Below, piece by piece: positions 62,051 to 64,000 of a DNA stretch of 64,000 nucleotides (positions within the stretch are counted from its first letter, which is position 1; the number at the start of each line of letters is the position of its first letter). Below the pieces are notes generated by a model. The model made no database searches, was not told the DNA's origin, and worked only from the letters and a program-made list of their open reading frames with translations. The stretch is from a virus, in the IMG/VR virus record IMGVR_UViG_3300035158_000183, positions 64,001 through 128,000 of that record; one strand, 5' to 3'. A program made the translations under genes and the position numbers.

Positions 62051-62052
62051 TA

Positions 62053-62769
62053 TTAACCCTCCTCAATGTTAGTTGATACATTTACGTTCAGCGCCAGACG
62101 CTTAAGCTCCTGAGAGCCGAACTGATACGTATCTTCAGTCCTTACCATGAAGGTAATAGGATATTTAGTTAGTGGCAGCTCGCCAATGGTTACTCTCGCT
62201 CTGTCTCCAACGCCCTCTTCAATAGTCTTAATCCTGTGCAGTCCGAAATACCATCGGTAGCTATCCATCACGTTCTCAAACCATAAGACACGCTTAAAAG
62301 CTGTGTAGTCGTCTCGGGCGTATATATTAAATACAACCCAGTTATCATAGAAGCGCCCCATGGTCACCAGCTTCTCACTTGGATGTTCGGGGTGCTGTTG
62401 TATACTTCTTACATGGGCTACTACTTCTCGCACTCTTCCAGTACCCGCAGGGCCCTTATTAAACTGTCCTGGCGCTCGGGCCCTCATGAAGAAGGTGATA
62501 GCCTCTGTGTCAACGGACTCAGGCGGGTCATCCGCCAGAACCAGCAGCCTCTTGTCATCTGGTACATGCTCGGAGGCCTGCCTGGAAGCGACAGCTTCCT
62601 GGACAAGCTCGTAGAAGCCCAGAAGATTGGCTCCTGGGTGTGTGGCAGTATCTACAGCACCGATGTTCTGGATATATCTATTGATAGCCAGAGCAGCGTC
62701 TGCTTCAGAAAGCCTAACAGCCCCTCCTAGATCTGGAATAGCTGTTATATTGTCTGTTTTTGACACCAT
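62053..62769 (-). CDS. Tail completion/terminator-like protein
   Basis: About 238 aa directly upstream of the sheath gene. GRFYDNWVVFNIYAR pattern. Alternative GTG start at 62778. Confidence 0.55.
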   Translation of the reverse strand: MVSKTDNITAIPDLGGAVRLSEADAALAINRYIQNIGAVDTATHPGANLLGFYELVQEAVASRQASEHVPDDKRLLVLADDPPESVDTEAITFFMRARAPGQFNKGPAGTGRVREVVAHVRSIQQHPEHPSEKLVTMGRFYDNWVVFNIYARDDYTAFKRVLWFENVMDSYRWYFGLHRIKTIEEGVGDRARVTIGELPLTKYPITFMVRTEDTYQFGSQELKRLALNVNVSTNIEEG

Positions 62770-63286
62770 ACCATACACTCCACTCGCGTCTATACTGCGC
62801 CGTGACTTGCCAAAATTCTACCCTTCCTCTATCGGCCCTAAACTGGTCAGCGCTCACAATCTCGTAAACTGCACTGCGCTCCACCGGCTGTGCGGGCCGG
62901 CCTTCATTATCTAACACGACTTCGACTATAAAGTCGCTTGATGAGACATCCACATTGTACTCGAGGTAGAATAATCCCTTACCTCCATCTTGGAATGACT
63001 CATTATTCTTATAATACACTATTTTGTACTCATCCCAAAAGTATCCATGCCCATGACAGTACCGGCAAAAGCTGTCTCTGTCGGGTTCATCCGTGATCCT
63101 GCTTCGACACGGACACCTCAATAGCTCACCATCACTGCCTTCCCGCATCTTCCTCAGCAGACCTACCTTCCCCTTGGCTATTTCGCCTGCCGATCCATAC
63201 AATAACTGGCTCAGCTCCTCCCGGAGGTCCAGCTCGATACCGCCGCTGCGGGCGGTACCATATGGATTAGTCATACTCGCGGTCAT
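62714..63286 (-). CDS. Neck/head-closure protein with CPC...CxxCxGxG zinc-binding motif
   Basis: RCPCRSRITDEPDRDSFCRYCHGHGYFW, a motif typical of neck proteins of large myoviruses. Alternative ATG at 63274. Confidence 0.6.
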   Translation of the reverse strand: MTASMTNPYGTARSGGIELDLREELSQLLYGSAGEIAKGKVGLLRKMREGSDGELLRCPCRSRITDEPDRDSFCRYCHGHGYFWDEYKIVYYKNNESFQDGGKGLFYLEYNVDVSSSDFIVEVVLDNEGRPAQPVERSAVYEIVSADQFRADRGRVEFWQVTAQYRREWSVWYGVKNRQYNSYSRSRRGC

Positions 63287-64000
63287 AACTCGACTCTCTA
63301 CGTTTCCTAAATGTCCTCAGATCTCTGCGGCCTGAGGCATATCGTGAGCTGTTGGCAGCCGACTGACTGCTATGCACGCCCACGCCTGATGTGGGCTCCC
63401 ATTGTCTATTTACAAATATGAAATCCTCTGCCAAAGCACCCTTGACCGAGTACTGCGGTTTCAGGCTACCGGCAGGATGTATCTCGCCGCCAGACTGGAC
63501 AGATACTTCCCAGCTGGCTGCACAGTCTTCTAGCTGTGCTAGAATATTACGTAAATTGCCTGGTCCACCAGCTCTGGACACACTGAGGTCTCCCAGGGTC
63601 TTGGACATCCTATCCGCCAGACTGCTGTCGCCCAGAAGGGCTCTAACCAGTATGAACTCTGCCAGGCATGTGGTGTACTGTCTGCGAGCTTGATTAAAGA
63701 AGGTAGCTTGGGTAATGGTCTTGAATCTGATGGCATCAGCCTGAAGGCTGGCCTCTAGGATAGCCAGCATAATGGTCTCATCAGGTACATCCACCAGAAG
63801 CGGACCCAGGTCAAGACGGATACGCCTTAGGCTCGAGTATAGTGGTGTATAAGGTGTTGTAAAGTAAGATTCATAATCCGAGCCCAAAGCGTTTCCGTTT
63901 AAGTCAGCTATATCCTTATCGAGCTTTAAGCGAACTATATTATTCTCGTACAGCTGCCCTGGGTCCAATTGGATTGTCAGGACACTGCCCGCTAGCGTGG
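63267..64000 (-). CDS. Head-tail adaptor-like protein with an N-terminal Ig-like segment, partial (start outside the window)
   Basis: The frame is open to the right edge (...TLAGSVLTIQLDPGQ...). IADLNGNALGSDYESYFTT is a Big_5-like end, followed by an adaptor-like helical domain with SKTLGDLSVS. Confidence 0.6.
   Translation of the reverse strand, partial: TLAGSVLTIQLDPGQLYENNIVRLKLDKDIADLNGNALGSDYESYFTTPYTPLYSSLRRIRLDLGPLLVDVPDETIMLAILEASLQADAIRFKTITQATFFNQARRQYTTCLAEFILVRALLGDSSLADRMSKTLGDLSVSRAGGPGNLRNILAQLEDCAASWEVSVQSGGEIHPAGSLKPQYSVKGALAEDFIFVNRQWEPTSGVGVHSSQSAANSSRYASGRRDLRTFRKRRESSYDREYD

Overview
The window is one continuous, tightly coupled minus-strand virion morphogenesis operon of a large, probably jumbo, contractile-tailed bacteriophage. 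It uses the standard genetic code and GGAGG Shine-Dalgarno sites, and many genes overlap at stop/start. In transcription order (64000 to 1) it encodes neck/head-tail proteins, tail terminator, sheath, tube plus two tube paralogues, two tail chaperones and a 2610-aa tape-measure-position protein with THREE LAGLIDADG inteins (1391 aa after splicing). Next is a 1497-aa protein that by eye carries the ordered beta and beta' motifs of a two-barrel (double-psi beta-barrel) RNA polymerase in one chain, with an atypical DFDKD active-site loop. Then come a giant baseplate hub with a papain-like hydrolase domain, gp25/J-like baseplate genes, an S74-chaperoned tail fibre, a ~300-triplet Thr-rich collagen fibre, a permuted NlpC/P60 enzyme, a GT2-TPR glycosyltransferase, three paralogous beta-rich structural proteins and a 1617-aa YadA-head-repeat adhesin. 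The best candidate for an undescribed system is the putative virion-delivered single-chain RNA polymerase, translationally coupled to the intein-laden tape-measure/ejection protein. A glycosylated-collagen-fibre module is second. All calls come from manual motif reading; no database searches were run.
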